50,542 nucleotides of DNA, from the sequence record DRR723986_6288; one strand, 5' to 3'. The notes beneath the pieces were generated by a model. That model did not search any database. It was not told the origin of the DNA and worked only from the letters and a program-made list of their open reading frames with translations. Of this stretch, positions 10,021 to 19,800 are shown piece by piece. The stretch's first letter is position 1. Each line of letters begins with the position of its first letter. The position numbers were made by a program, and so were the translations under genes.

Positions 10021-10110
10021 AGTAAACAATCCCCTTTATTTTTTTGTCGCTTTCCGAGCCCTTGTGTGGTCAAAACAGGGCTGGGAGGCGGCGTGCTGTA
10101 TTTCAGGAAA
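10013..10110 (+). promoter_or_regulatory. Long mRNA hairpin sequestering the receptor Shine-Dalgarno
   Basis: UUUCCUGAAGUA (10013-10024) pairs with UAUUUCAGGAAA (10099-10110): 12 bp including one GU. Inner stem 10046-10062 pairs with 10077-10092. Confidence 0.7.
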
Positions 10111-10114
10111 CAAC

Positions 10115-12172
10115 ATGAACAAATCCCAATTTCAGCGCCGTGCCGTGGCGCTGGCCAGCGTGCTTTTCATCGCCCAAACCCAAGCCCTGGCCCAAGAAGC
10201 CCTCCTTGAATCCGTTGTGGTCACCGGCACAGCCGAGCAACCCGAATCCATCACCAAACCTTTTTCCGTGATCACAGCCGATGAGCTGAATGCCAGTGGC
10301 GCCAGCACCTTGGGTGAGGCATTGCGTTACGAGCCCGGCGTTTCCGCCACCGGCTTTGGCCCCAACTCAAGCCGCCCTATCGTGCGCGGCCAAGACTCTG
10401 ACCGCATCAAGATTCTGCGCAATTCTGCTGCCACCATCGACGTGTCTGCACTTAGCTTCGATCACGCTTTACCAGTCGATCCATTTTCCTTGCACCAGGT
10501 TGAAATCCTCCGTGGTCCCGCTGCGCTGGCGTATGGTGGCAATGCGGTCGGCGGTGTAGTCAATCTGGTCGACCAACGCATTGCACGCACGCCCGTTCAA
10601 GGCCTTCAGGGTGAGGTTAACTTGCTGGGCGGTGGCGCTGCGGATCAAACAGCGGGTGGCTTTAAGCTGGATGCCGGTTTGGGGCAGGGGGTTAGCATTC
10701 ACCTCGATGGATTCAAGCGCACCACGCGCGACCTTGAAACCCCCACCTTCACCGACCCCGACGGTGTCACGGGCAGCCGGGTTCAAAACTCCTCCTCGAA
10801 ATCCGATGGTGCAGCCATCGGAGCCTCGTTCCAAACCGGCAATGGCTACATAGGCGTGTCGGCTGAACGTTACAACAACGAATACGGTGTGCCGAAATCG
10901 CTGGATGTACGCATTGGCATGGAAAGCGAGCGCTACGCACTGGAAGGCGAGCAAAACTTCAACAACGCCGCCTTCAAGCAAGTGAAATACAGGCTGGCCA
11001 AAACCGATTATCAACACCAGGAATTTGAAGATGGTGCACCCGCCACCCTGTTTGTAAACGATGGCGTAGACGGCCGCGTGGAAGTGGCCCTGCAGCCATT
11101 TTCCATTGCCGGTTTGAATTTCAACACCAGCACTGGCGTACAGTTTGAACGCACCGACTTTTCAGCCATCGGTGATGAGGCCTTTGTGCCCAGCACCAGC
11201 ACCGACCAGACAGGCATCTTCACCATCTTCCGCGCCAGCCGCGGACAGGAAAATAGCGGAGTGTTCGAATTCGGTCTGCGTGGTGACCAAGTGGATGTGA
11301 ATGCAGCCACCAGTGGCTTATCGCCCTTGAATGGCCCGGTGGCGGGTGCCGGTGTAGATGCGGGTCCTGCCATCAACCGCAGTTTTACTCCCAGCTCTTT
11401 CTCACTGGGTTACACTGCGCCCATAGGCAATGGCTGGTCGCTGGGTGGTTCGGTGTCTCGGGTGGAGCGTGCGCCCTCTAGCTTCGAGTTGTATGCCGAC
11501 GGCGTGCATGTGGCCACAGACGCTTACGAGAAAGGCAATCCGAATTTGCAGGAAGAACGTGGTCGTCACCTCGAATTAACCAGCACTTGGGCACGGGGCG
11601 AATCCAAGTTCAACGCCACAGCGTTTGCAAGCCGGTACAACAATTACATCGCCCTGATTGGGCGTACAGGTGCCAATTCCCAGTTCATTGAACCGGGCGA
11701 GCCTCCCATTCAGGTATTTGATTTCACAGCGGTACCTGCTGAGTTTCAAGGCATTGAGCTCGGTTATCAAACTGCCTACGCAGTGGGTTCTGGCAAATTG
11801 CAGCCCGCAGTTCAGTACGACTTGATCCGTGGAAAACGCACCGATGGGGGAGGCAATTTGCCGCGCATCAGCCCGCAACGTGTGGTCGCCAGTGCAGCCT
11901 ACACACAGGCCGGCTGGACCATCACGCCGGAGCTGATCTGGGTCAGCGACAGCAAAGCTGGTGCAGGTGATACCAAAGTGGAAGGTTACGAACTCGTGAA
12001 CTTGAGAATCGGCAAGGCGTTCACTTGGGGCCGCACAGGTGGTGAAGTGTTTGCCAACCTGCAAAACCTGACCGACGAGCTGGCGTTTTCAGCCACCACG
12101 CTAAACACCGTGCGCGGCTACACTCCGCTGGGCGGGCGCTCCGCGCTGGTGGGTGTGAAACTGGCTTTCTAA
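10115..12172 (+). CDS. TonB-dependent outer-membrane receptor (ZnuD-like metal transporter)
   Basis: Start MNKSQ after AGGA; signal peptide; TonB box ESVVVTG; plug TLGEAL..PGVS..FGP..SRPIVRG, EILRGPAALAYGGNAVGGVVN; ELYADGVHVAT; C-terminal F. Confidence 0.9.
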   Translation: MNKSQFQRRAVALASVLFIAQTQALAQEALLESVVVTGTAEQPESITKPFSVITADELNASGASTLGEALRYEPGVSATGFGPNSSRPIVRGQDSDRIKILRNSAATIDVSALSFDHALPVDPFSLHQVEILRGPAALAYGGNAVGGVVNLVDQRIARTPVQGLQGEVNLLGGGAADQTAGGFKLDAGLGQGVSIHLDGFKRTTRDLETPTFTDPDGVTGSRVQNSSSKSDGAAIGASFQTGNGYIGVSAERYNNEYGVPKSLDVRIGMESERYALEGEQNFNNAAFKQVKYRLAKTDYQHQEFEDGAPATLFVNDGVDGRVEVALQPFSIAGLNFNTSTGVQFERTDFSAIGDEAFVPSTSTDQTGIFTIFRASRGQENSGVFEFGLRGDQVDVNAATSGLSPLNGPVAGAGVDAGPAINRSFTPSSFSLGYTAPIGNGWSLGGSVSRVERAPSSFELYADGVHVATDAYEKGNPNLQEERGRHLELTSTWARGESKFNATAFASRYNNYIALIGRTGANSQFIEPGEPPIQVFDFTAVPAEFQGIELGYQTAYAVGSGKLQPAVQYDLIRGKRTDGGGNLPRISPQRVVASAAYTQAGWTITPELIWVSDSKAGAGDTKVEGYELVNLRIGKAFTWGRTGGEVFANLQNLTDELAFSATTLNTVRGYTPLGGRSALVGVKLAF

Positions 12173-12187
12173 ATCTGCTGGATGACC

Positions 12188-12751
12188 TTAGTGCTTGTGA
12201 TCACCACCGCCGCCATGGCTGTGGTGATCACCTGCCGCGTTTTGACCCGCCAAGGCTTTCACGGGCATTTCAACTTTGCTGCCATCTGCTTTTTCAAATT
12301 GCAGGCTCAATTCAATTTCCTGACCTGCCTCTATCGGTGAAGTCAAAGCCATCAACATCACATGGTAGCCACCCGGCTTCAGTTCCAGCGGCTCACCGGC
12401 TTTCATTTCAATGCGTTCGGCCATACGCATGCGCATGATGTCGCCATCCATTTTCATTTCATGCACTTCGGCAATTTCAGCAGCGGGCGTGGCCACACCC
12501 ACCAAAGCAATCGGTTCCTGACTGGTAATGGTCAGATACGCACCGGTTGCATCCTGCTCACCCACAGTGGGGCGCACCCAGGCGTTTTGAACCGTGATGC
12601 CATCCTGAACTTGTGAGGGCGTTGCCGCCTGCTCCACAGCGGAAGGCGAATCATGCACATGCCCAGCCTCGTCACCATGATCATGGTGTTCTGAACAGGC
12701 CACCAAGGCAAACACCGCAGACACTACGGCCAATTGAGTCATTCTTTTCAC
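12188..12751 (-). CDS. PCu(A)C-family copper chaperone, His-rich lipoprotein
   Basis: Lipobox LVAC; AWVR..GAYLTI; HEM..MRM..LKPGGYHVM; His-rich N- and C-termini. Confidence 0.9.
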   Translation of the reverse strand: MKRMTQLAVVSAVFALVACSEHHDHGDEAGHVHDSPSAVEQAATPSQVQDGITVQNAWVRPTVGEQDATGAYLTITSQEPIALVGVATPAAEIAEVHEMKMDGDIMRMRMAERIEMKAGEPLELKPGGYHVMLMALTSPIEAGQEIELSLQFEKADGSKVEMPVKALAGQNAAGDHHSHGGGGDHKH

Positions 12752-13449
12752 TTCAAACTCCCAAACACTTTCTTAAGCACAGCACTGCCAGCCGCAACGG
12801 GATTGGCACGAATCGCTTTCTCTTCTTCGGCCACCATCAAAAACAACGCATCAAGCGCCTTGTTGGTGATATAGCCTTCCAAGTTGGCGTCTTCAGCCTT
12901 CACCAAGCCAAAGCGGCTGCCCTTTTCGGCCAAGGCATTGTATTGCTGGGCCAAACCCACCTGTGCGGTTTTGCCTTTCACAATCGGCAGCAGCTGAGTG
13001 TACAAATCGGCTTGTGTCTTGCTGCGAAAAAAATCTGTCACTGCGGTGTCACCACCACTCAGTACCTGTTTGGCGTCTTCAACCGTCATGTTTTGGATCG
13101 TTTTCTTCAACACGGCTTTCGCTTGAGGCACTGCGGCTTCTGCAGCACGGTTCATGCTGACCTCCATCTGGTCCAGCTGTGAACCCATGCCCACCATTTT
13201 CAACAAGCCTCTGCTGTTTTCCAGGTACTCCGGCAGCTTGATTCTCACCGCCGGGTTGCCCAAAAAACCATCGGTTTTGCCCAAACTGCCCACCGCTGAA
13301 TCGGCCCCTTTGCTCAGGGTGGTGCGCAACGCAGTCACAGCCTCTTTGCTGGTAATGCCGCTTAAATCCGCGGCGGCCACCGTACCCGCGAAAACCAGGA
13401 CAAGTGAAGCCACAAACAGGGCATGTAAGGAACGCATCAAATAGATCAT
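12748..13449 (-). CDS. DUF4197-family secreted protein
   Basis: Start MIYL after GGAGG; signal peptide; LGKTDGFLGNPAVRIKLP, MNRAAEAA, ALDALF..EEEKAIRANP..LKKVFG. Confidence 0.8.
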   Translation of the reverse strand: MIYLMRSLHALFVASLVLVFAGTVAAADLSGITSKEAVTALRTTLSKGADSAVGSLGKTDGFLGNPAVRIKLPEYLENSRGLLKMVGMGSQLDQMEVSMNRAAEAAVPQAKAVLKKTIQNMTVEDAKQVLSGGDTAVTDFFRSKTQADLYTQLLPIVKGKTAQVGLAQQYNALAEKGSRFGLVKAEDANLEGYITNKALDALFLMVAEEEKAIRANPVAAGSAVLKKVFGSLK

Positions 13450-13474
13450 TTTGGCCTCCCAGCCATCGCGGTGT

Positions 13475-14170
13475 TCAAGAATCGAGTAAACGCGCCTTGC
13501 GTTCCGCCCGAATGAAAATATCAACAGCCTGACCTTTGTTTTTGGCGCCAAGCCGCAAGAATATCTCTTTGATGTGCCCACGCACCGTGTCTGGGCTAAT
13601 GTCCATTTCCCGCGCAACCTCTTTGGCTGACAAACCTTCTGCCGTTTTGCGCATGATTTCCACCTGTTTCCAAGTCAGCGGTTTATCCGACCCCGGGGCA
13701 TAAATGTTGGAATGATATTCGTTGGCAGCCTTTTCCGTGCCTTTGGGTACGTCGTCGAGTACACCGGCCTGTATCAACAGGTTTTGAAGGGCACGGAGCA
13801 GCTCGGGGTAGGTGCTGGCCTTGTTCACATAAAAGTAGCCAGCTCGCTCGGCCTCGCGCGCCAGATGTTTGTCCAGCACACCGGAGCAAATCAGTTTTGG
13901 GCACTGGGGAAACAACACAGCGAAAGTGTTGATGGTGCTTACACCTTTGGAGTCGGGTAGATCCAGGTCAGCGATTACCAAATCTGGGGTGACCTGAACC
14001 CCTCTGGCTTTTTCCATGCTCTCCACCACAATGATCTCGCTTTGATTGACCAGCTGATCAATCATGTCGGCCAACATGATTGAAATCATCGGGTGGTCTT
14101 CAGCGATCAAAATCGTGGGTTTGTCCGTCTGCGAACCCATGTCTGAATGCCCTGTTTTTTCTTGTGTCAT
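13475..14170 (-). CDS. NarL/LuxR-family response regulator (paralog 1)
   Basis: REC (AEDHP, DLDLPD, conserved K) and LuxR HTH (LTWKQVEIM..GLSAKEVA..SPDTVRGH). Confidence 0.9.
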   Translation of the reverse strand: MTQEKTGHSDMGSQTDKPTILIAEDHPMISIMLADMIDQLVNQSEIIVVESMEKARGVQVTPDLVIADLDLPDSKGVSTINTFAVLFPQCPKLICSGVLDKHLAREAERAGYFYVNKASTYPELLRALQNLLIQAGVLDDVPKGTEKAANEYHSNIYAPGSDKPLTWKQVEIMRKTAEGLSAKEVAREMDISPDTVRGHIKEIFLRLGAKNKGQAVDIFIRAERKARLLDS

Positions 14171-14192
14171 CAGGGCATTGTACTGCGAAAAA

Positions 14193-15152
14193 TTACAGCC
14201 GTGCCTGTGGGTTTGCCTGTGCCATCAGCCGTTCGCGGCTTCCCTGTATGGCCGCTTGAATTTTCGGGACCAGCTTCTGCGCCACTTTTTCGCCCTCCAG
14301 CAAAAACTCGTGGCGCTGGTCCAGGTTCAATGCATCCGCATGCTGCACACTGGGTTGTATCACCACATCGGCGCGGGCCAGCTCGGCACGAATGGCCTGT
14401 TGGCTCAGAATATTGATGCTCTGGTCGAGCAACCCCCACCATCCCATGGCACCAGCCCCAGTGCGGGGTTTGGCAGAAATATCCACCGCAATCACCACAT
14501 CAGCACCCATTTCACGGGCCGTGAGCACCGGCACAGGGCTGACCAATCCACCGTCCACAAACTGACGCTTCCCAATTCGAGTGGGTAAAAATACGTTGGG
14601 GATGCTGCACGATGCACGCACAGCCTGACCGGCGTTGCCGTAGTTAAAGGCCACTTTTTCTCCGCTTTCAAGGTCTGTGGCCACTGCTGCAAAACGAATC
14701 GGGAACTGATGAATGGCTTTATTCTTCACTTGCGTATTCACATACTGCTGCAATTTGTCGCCTATCAGAAACCCCTGACTGCTCAAGGTCAGGTCGCGAA
14801 TATCGGCTTCCTGCATGCCCAAAGCAACGCTTTGCAAGGTGTAAGCATTCATGCCGCTGGCATACAAAGCGCCTACAAAGCTGCCCGCGCTGGTACCCAC
14901 CACAATGCTGGGTTTGATACCGTGGCTTTCCAGCACCTTGATCACACCCACATGGGCAAAACCCTTCACACCGCCGCCCCCCAGCACCAAAGCGACCACT
15001 GGCTCGCGGGTTTTTGGTGCAATTGGGTCTTGCGCCTGGGCAGCAGGTACAGGTTCAGGCAAGGGCGCCACTGGCGGTGCAACCGTGGCACAGGCCGACA
15101 ACACCAAGGTCAACATGGACGCCAGGAAAATGCCAAAAGGCTTGTTTTTCAT
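14193..15152 (-). CDS. Patatin-like phospholipase, lipoprotein
   Basis: LSAC lipobox; GGGGVKG, GTSAG and DGG motifs. Confidence 0.92.
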   Translation of the reverse strand: MKNKPFGIFLASMLTLVLSACATVAPPVAPLPEPVPAAQAQDPIAPKTREPVVALVLGGGGVKGFAHVGVIKVLESHGIKPSIVVGTSAGSFVGALYASGMNAYTLQSVALGMQEADIRDLTLSSQGFLIGDKLQQYVNTQVKNKAIHQFPIRFAAVATDLESGEKVAFNYGNAGQAVRASCSIPNVFLPTRIGKRQFVDGGLVSPVPVLTAREMGADVVIAVDISAKPRTGAGAMGWWGLLDQSINILSQQAIRAELARADVVIQPSVQHADALNLDQRHEFLLEGEKVAQKLVPKIQAAIQGSRERLMAQANPQARL

Positions 15153-15343
15153 ACACATTTTTCGAAAACTGATTCAAGAACAGGATGCTACCGCAGCGCA
15201 GCAAACTTGGGTTGACAGAATGCACTAACGGCAATTGGATAGACAGGTTTACGATGAACTTCAGCACAAGCCCTTGGTCCTAGAAAGGGCTGTGTAAGTT
15301 CAGTCACGGCCTAATAGGGCGAACAACAGAAGGCGGAGAAAAG

Positions 15344-17065
15344 ATGAACCCAGCAATCATACCGATTGCAACTGCTGTTGACTTTGCGCAACAACACCGC
15401 AAAAAGCCCAAAGGTCGACAAATTGATTCGCGCAGCATGTCCGAAGTCCTAGCCGTTCTGGGCGGGGAAACATTGCGTCGCGACCTGCTGATTGAATACC
15501 TCCACCTGCTGCAGGACCACCTCGGCTGCCTGCCAAAAACTCACCTCGCTGCGCTGGCTGAATGCCTGAAGCTGTCACAGACCGAAGTGTTTGAAGTGGC
15601 TACTTTTTATCACCACTTTGATGTGGTCGATTCGAAAAGCTCGGTGAACCACACCCTGACTGTGCGCCTTTGCAATGGCCCGGCTTGCTGTATGGCAGGT
15701 GCACAGGGCCTGATCGACCAATTGCCGGCCTTGCTGGGCAGCACAGTGCGGGTTCAAGCGGTACCCTGCATTGGGCGTTGCGAGCAGGCCCCGGCTGCGG
15801 CTGTGGGCCAGCATGAAATGGGCTGGGCCAATCATCATGACATCATGGAAGCAGCGTTCGGTCAACACACCAAGCCCTTGCCAACGCGCCACACTGGTTT
15901 GGCCCAATACAAAGCCGCAGGGGGTTATCAACTTTTGCACGAATGTGTAACTGGGACACGCACAGTTGAATCGGTCATCGACACGCTCTCGAATTCAGGC
16001 CTGCGCGGCCTGGGTGGCGCGGGTTTTCCAGCCGGTAAGAAGTGGGCCATTGTGCGCGAGCAACACGCACCCCGTTTGATGGCTGTGAACATTGATGAAG
16101 GCGAACCCGGTACTTTCAAAGACCGAAGCTACCTTGAACACAACCCACATCAATTTTTGGAGGGCATGCTGATTGCCGCTTGGGCCGTTCAAGCCAGCGC
16201 CATTTACATTTACCTGCGCGACGAATACCACGCCTGCCGGGCCATGCTGCAAAACGAACTGGCCCTTCTGAAAGCCAAACCGCCGATAAGCAACATGCCC
16301 GCCATTGAACTTCGTCGTGGTGCAGGCGCCTACATTTGCGGTGAAGAATCGGCCATGCTGGAGTCGATTGAAGGCAAACGTGGATTACCAAGACTACGCC
16401 CGCCTTACGTGGCTCAAGTGGGTTTGTTCAACAAACCCACACTGGTTCACAACTTTGAAACCTTGTACTGGGTACCCACCATCCTTGAAAAAGGGGCCGG
16501 CTGGTTCTCCAAACAGGGTCGCCACGGGCGAAGTGGTCTACGGTCATATTCTGTGTCAGGACGCGTGAAAAAACCCGGCGTTCACCTGGCCCCAACAGGT
16601 ATTACCCTGAACGAGCTGATTTCCGAGTACTGCGATGGCATGCAACCCGGCCATACACTTTACGGCTATTTGCCAGGCGGCGCGTCTGGCGGAATATTGC
16701 CAGCGGCACTGGCCGATGTGCCACTTGATTTCGACACCCTGCAACCCCACGGCTGCTTTATCGGCTCCGCGGCCGTTGTGGTGTTCTCTCAAGCTGACAG
16801 CGCCGTGAACATGGCCCGCAATCTGATGCGGTTTTTCGTGCATGAAAGCTGTGGGCAATGCACGCCCTGCCGCACCGGTACCGCCAAAGCCCTGGCCTTG
16901 ATCAATCAGCCCCGATGGAATGTACCGTTGTTGCGGGAGCTTTCTGCCGTCATGCGCGATGCCTCCATTTGCGGCTTGGGCCAGGCCGCCCCCAATCCGA
17001 TTGACTGCGTTATTCGCTACTTTCCTCAGGAATTGGAATCCGGGGCCAGAGGCAGCCAATCATGA
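15344..17065 (+). CDS. NAD-dependent formate dehydrogenase beta (diaphorase) subunit, NuoE+NuoF-like fusion
   Basis: 2Fe-2S Cys pattern (C..GPAC, CIGRC); GLRGLGGAGFP, DEGEPGTFKD, GAYICGEE, ESCGQCTPCR, SICGLG. Confidence 0.9.
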   Translation: MNPAIIPIATAVDFAQQHRKKPKGRQIDSRSMSEVLAVLGGETLRRDLLIEYLHLLQDHLGCLPKTHLAALAECLKLSQTEVFEVATFYHHFDVVDSKSSVNHTLTVRLCNGPACCMAGAQGLIDQLPALLGSTVRVQAVPCIGRCEQAPAAAVGQHEMGWANHHDIMEAAFGQHTKPLPTRHTGLAQYKAAGGYQLLHECVTGTRTVESVIDTLSNSGLRGLGGAGFPAGKKWAIVREQHAPRLMAVNIDEGEPGTFKDRSYLEHNPHQFLEGMLIAAWAVQASAIYIYLRDEYHACRAMLQNELALLKAKPPISNMPAIELRRGAGAYICGEESAMLESIEGKRGLPRLRPPYVAQVGLFNKPTLVHNFETLYWVPTILEKGAGWFSKQGRHGRSGLRSYSVSGRVKKPGVHLAPTGITLNELISEYCDGMQPGHTLYGYLPGGASGGILPAALADVPLDFDTLQPHGCFIGSAAVVVFSQADSAVNMARNLMRFFVHESCGQCTPCRTGTAKALALINQPRWNVPLLRELSAVMRDASICGLGQAAPNPIDCVIRYFPQELESGARGSQS

Positions 17066-19800
17066 ACGCCTCGCAAATGATCCGCTTACAGCTCAACGGA
17101 CAAACTGTTGAAGCCCTGCCCGGTGAGACCCTTCTGCAGCTTGCCCAGCGCGAGGGCATCGACGTACCTCACCTTTGTTACAAGGCCGGCCTTGAGGCTG
17201 CGGGTAACTGCCGCGCCTGCGTGGTCGAAGTGGAGGGCGAACGTACCCTGGCCGCCTCGTGTTGCAGACAGGCCGCAGCTGGCATGGTGGTACAGACCAA
17301 TTCAAACAAAGCCATCGCCGCGCAAAAAATGGTTCTGGAACTGTTGCTGGCTGACATGCCCAGGCAAGTGAACCCAAACAAGTTGAAGGCCGACAATGAA
17401 TTAACCCACTGGTGCCAGCAAATGGGCATTCAAAGCACCCGGTTTGAGGCGCGAGCATCCGTGTCCGCCGACCTGTCGCACCCTGCAATTGCAGTGAACA
17501 TGGACCAATGCATCCAGTGCACCCGCTGCGTACGCGCCTGCCGCGAGGTGCAAGTGAACGATGTCATTGGCCTGGCTTTTCGCGGTGAACATGCCACCGT
17601 TGTGTTCGATCAAGGTGACGCTTTGGCCCACTCCACCTGCGTGGCCTGTGGCGAATGCGTGCAAGCCTGCCCCACCGGTGCGCTGAGCCCAGCCAGAGCC
17701 GCAGCACACCAGCCCGCGGATAAGACTGTGGATTCGGTATGCCCTTATTGCGGTGTCGGCTGTCAGGTCACCTACCACGTGAAGGGCAATACCATTTTGC
17801 ATGTCGAAGGTCGCAAGGGACCCGCCAATGAAGGCCGCCTGTGTGTCAAGGGGCGCTATGGCTTTGACTATGTTCACCATGAACAACGGCTCACCCAACC
17901 GCTTATTCGCCGTGAAGGTGTTGCCAAGAATCCGGTCAACCTACTGAATCCTGAAGAGGTGAACCATGCGTTTCGCACCGCCACCTGGGACGAAGCACTG
18001 GCCTTGATTGCTGATCGGTTCAAGCAGATAAAAACAACCCATGGCGGCCACGCACTGGCTGGGTTTGGCTCCGCCAAATGCAGCAACGAGGAAGCCTATC
18101 TGTTTCAAAAACTGGTTCGCACCGGTTTTGGTACGCACAATGTTGACCACTGTACCCGCCTGTGCCATGCCTCGTCGGTGGCTGCATTGCTGGAGGGCAT
18201 TGGGTCGGGAGCCGTGTCCAACCCGGTGATGGATGTAAACCAGGCCGAAGTGATCTTCGTAATTGGTGCCAACCCCACAGTGAATCATCCTGTGGGCGCC
18301 ACCTGGATTAAAAACGCGGTTAAAAACGGCGCCAAACTGATTGTGGCTGACCCCAGGCGTTCAGACCTGGCACGGCACGCCACCCACTTTCTGCAATTTA
18401 AAGCCGACAGTGACGTCGCACTGCTCAATGCCTTGCTTCACGTCATCATCAACGAAAATCTGATTGATCGGGAATTCATCGAACAACGTACCGAAGGCTT
18501 TGATGAACTGAAAGCAAATGTCAGCGCCTGCACACCCGAGGCCATGTCATCCATCTGTGGCATATCACCGGCTGAATTACGTGCAGTGGCCCGCCTGTAT
18601 GCCACATCCAGTGCATCCATCATTTTGTGGGGCATGGGCATTTCACAGCACACCCACGGCACCGACAATGCACGCTGCCTGATATCACTGTCACTGATCA
18701 CCGGGCAAATTGGTCGACCTGGCACGGGCCTTCACCCCCTGCGCGGCCAAAACAATGTGCAGGGCGCATCAGACGCCGGGCTGATCCCCATGATGTACCC
18801 GGATTACCAACGGGTGTGCAATCCCGAAGCACAACAACGGTTCGAGGCCCTTTGGAACACACCGCTTTCCAACACCCCCGGGCTGACCGTGGTCGAAACC
18901 ATGCAAGCCATTCTCGCCGGTGCTGTAAAAGGCATGTACATCCTCGGTGAAAACCCCGCCATGTCTGACCCCGACTTAAACCATGCCCGAAAAGCACTGG
19001 CCGCACTCGATTTTCTGTTGGTGCAAGATATTTTCCTGACCGAAACGGCAAGCCTTGCAGATGTGGTTTTACCCGCCAGCGCTTTTCCTGAAAAAACCGG
19101 CACCTTCACCAATACCGATCGCCTGGTGCAACTTGGGCAACAAGCCATCGACCCGCCCGGTGAAGCACGGCAAGACCTTTGGATTATTCAAAGTATTGCT
19201 CAAGGACTGGGGCTGGACTGGCGGTATAACAGTGTGGAAGACGTGTTTGATGAAATGCGCCGCGCCATGCACAGCATTGAGGGCATCACCTGGCAACGCC
19301 TGCAACGCGAGCACGCAGTGGTCTACCCCTGCGCCCATGAAGGGGATATTGGTCAAGCCGTGGTGTTTACCGAACACTTCCCGACACCCAATGGAAAAGC
19401 CCGCCTGGTGCCAACCCAATACCGTGAGGCTGCTGAAACACCTGATTCCGAGTTTCCCTTTGTATTGATCACCGGACGACAACTCGAACACTGGCACACT
19501 GGCAGCATGACCCGTCGCGCCAGCATTCTGGATGCCATTGAACCCGAACCCACCGCATTGCTTCATCCCGAAGATTTAAAAGCCTTGAACATTGAAGCCG
19601 GCAACACAATTCAGCTTCGATCCCGCCGCGGTGAGGTACAACTGTTTGCGCGCGCCGACATGGGCACACCACCGGGCCATGTGTTTGTGCCTTTTTGTTA
19701 TGCCGAGGCAGCCATCAACAAACTGACCCATGCAGCACTCGACCCTGACGGCAAAATTCCAGAATTCAAGTACTGCGCTATTGCGGTGCACAAGAAATAG
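17062..19800 (+). CDS. Formate dehydrogenase alpha subunit (Mo/W-bisPGD, Cys ligand)
   Basis: N-terminal Fe-S motifs (CRAC, CIQCTRCVRAC, CVACGECVQACP, CPYCGVGC); active site DHCTRLCH; LRGQNNVQG; ATGA overlap with the beta subunit. Confidence 0.93.
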   Translation: MNASQMIRLQLNGQTVEALPGETLLQLAQREGIDVPHLCYKAGLEAAGNCRACVVEVEGERTLAASCCRQAAAGMVVQTNSNKAIAAQKMVLELLLADMPRQVNPNKLKADNELTHWCQQMGIQSTRFEARASVSADLSHPAIAVNMDQCIQCTRCVRACREVQVNDVIGLAFRGEHATVVFDQGDALAHSTCVACGECVQACPTGALSPARAAAHQPADKTVDSVCPYCGVGCQVTYHVKGNTILHVEGRKGPANEGRLCVKGRYGFDYVHHEQRLTQPLIRREGVAKNPVNLLNPEEVNHAFRTATWDEALALIADRFKQIKTTHGGHALAGFGSAKCSNEEAYLFQKLVRTGFGTHNVDHCTRLCHASSVAALLEGIGSGAVSNPVMDVNQAEVIFVIGANPTVNHPVGATWIKNAVKNGAKLIVADPRRSDLARHATHFLQFKADSDVALLNALLHVIINENLIDREFIEQRTEGFDELKANVSACTPEAMSSICGISPAELRAVARLYATSSASIILWGMGISQHTHGTDNARCLISLSLITGQIGRPGTGLHPLRGQNNVQGASDAGLIPMMYPDYQRVCNPEAQQRFEALWNTPLSNTPGLTVVETMQAILAGAVKGMYILGENPAMSDPDLNHARKALAALDFLLVQDIFLTETASLADVVLPASAFPEKTGTFTNTDRLVQLGQQAIDPPGEARQDLWIIQSIAQGLGLDWRYNSVEDVFDEMRRAMHSIEGITWQRLQREHAVVYPCAHEGDIGQAVVFTEHFPTPNGKARLVPTQYREAAETPDSEFPFVLITGRQLEHWHTGSMTRRASILDAIEPEPTALLHPEDLKALNIEAGNTIQLRSRRGEVQLFARADMGTPPGHVFVPFCYAEAAINKLTHAALDPDGKIPEFKYCAIAVHKK

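Noticed and set aside
9746-10114. 808-aa version of the TonB receptor
   Set aside because: The extension overlaps the His-rich ORF in another frame. The signal peptide and SD point to ATG 10115.
18140-18170. Selenocysteine in the FDH active site
   Set aside because: The motif is HCTRLCH with a Cys codon, and there is no in-frame TGA.
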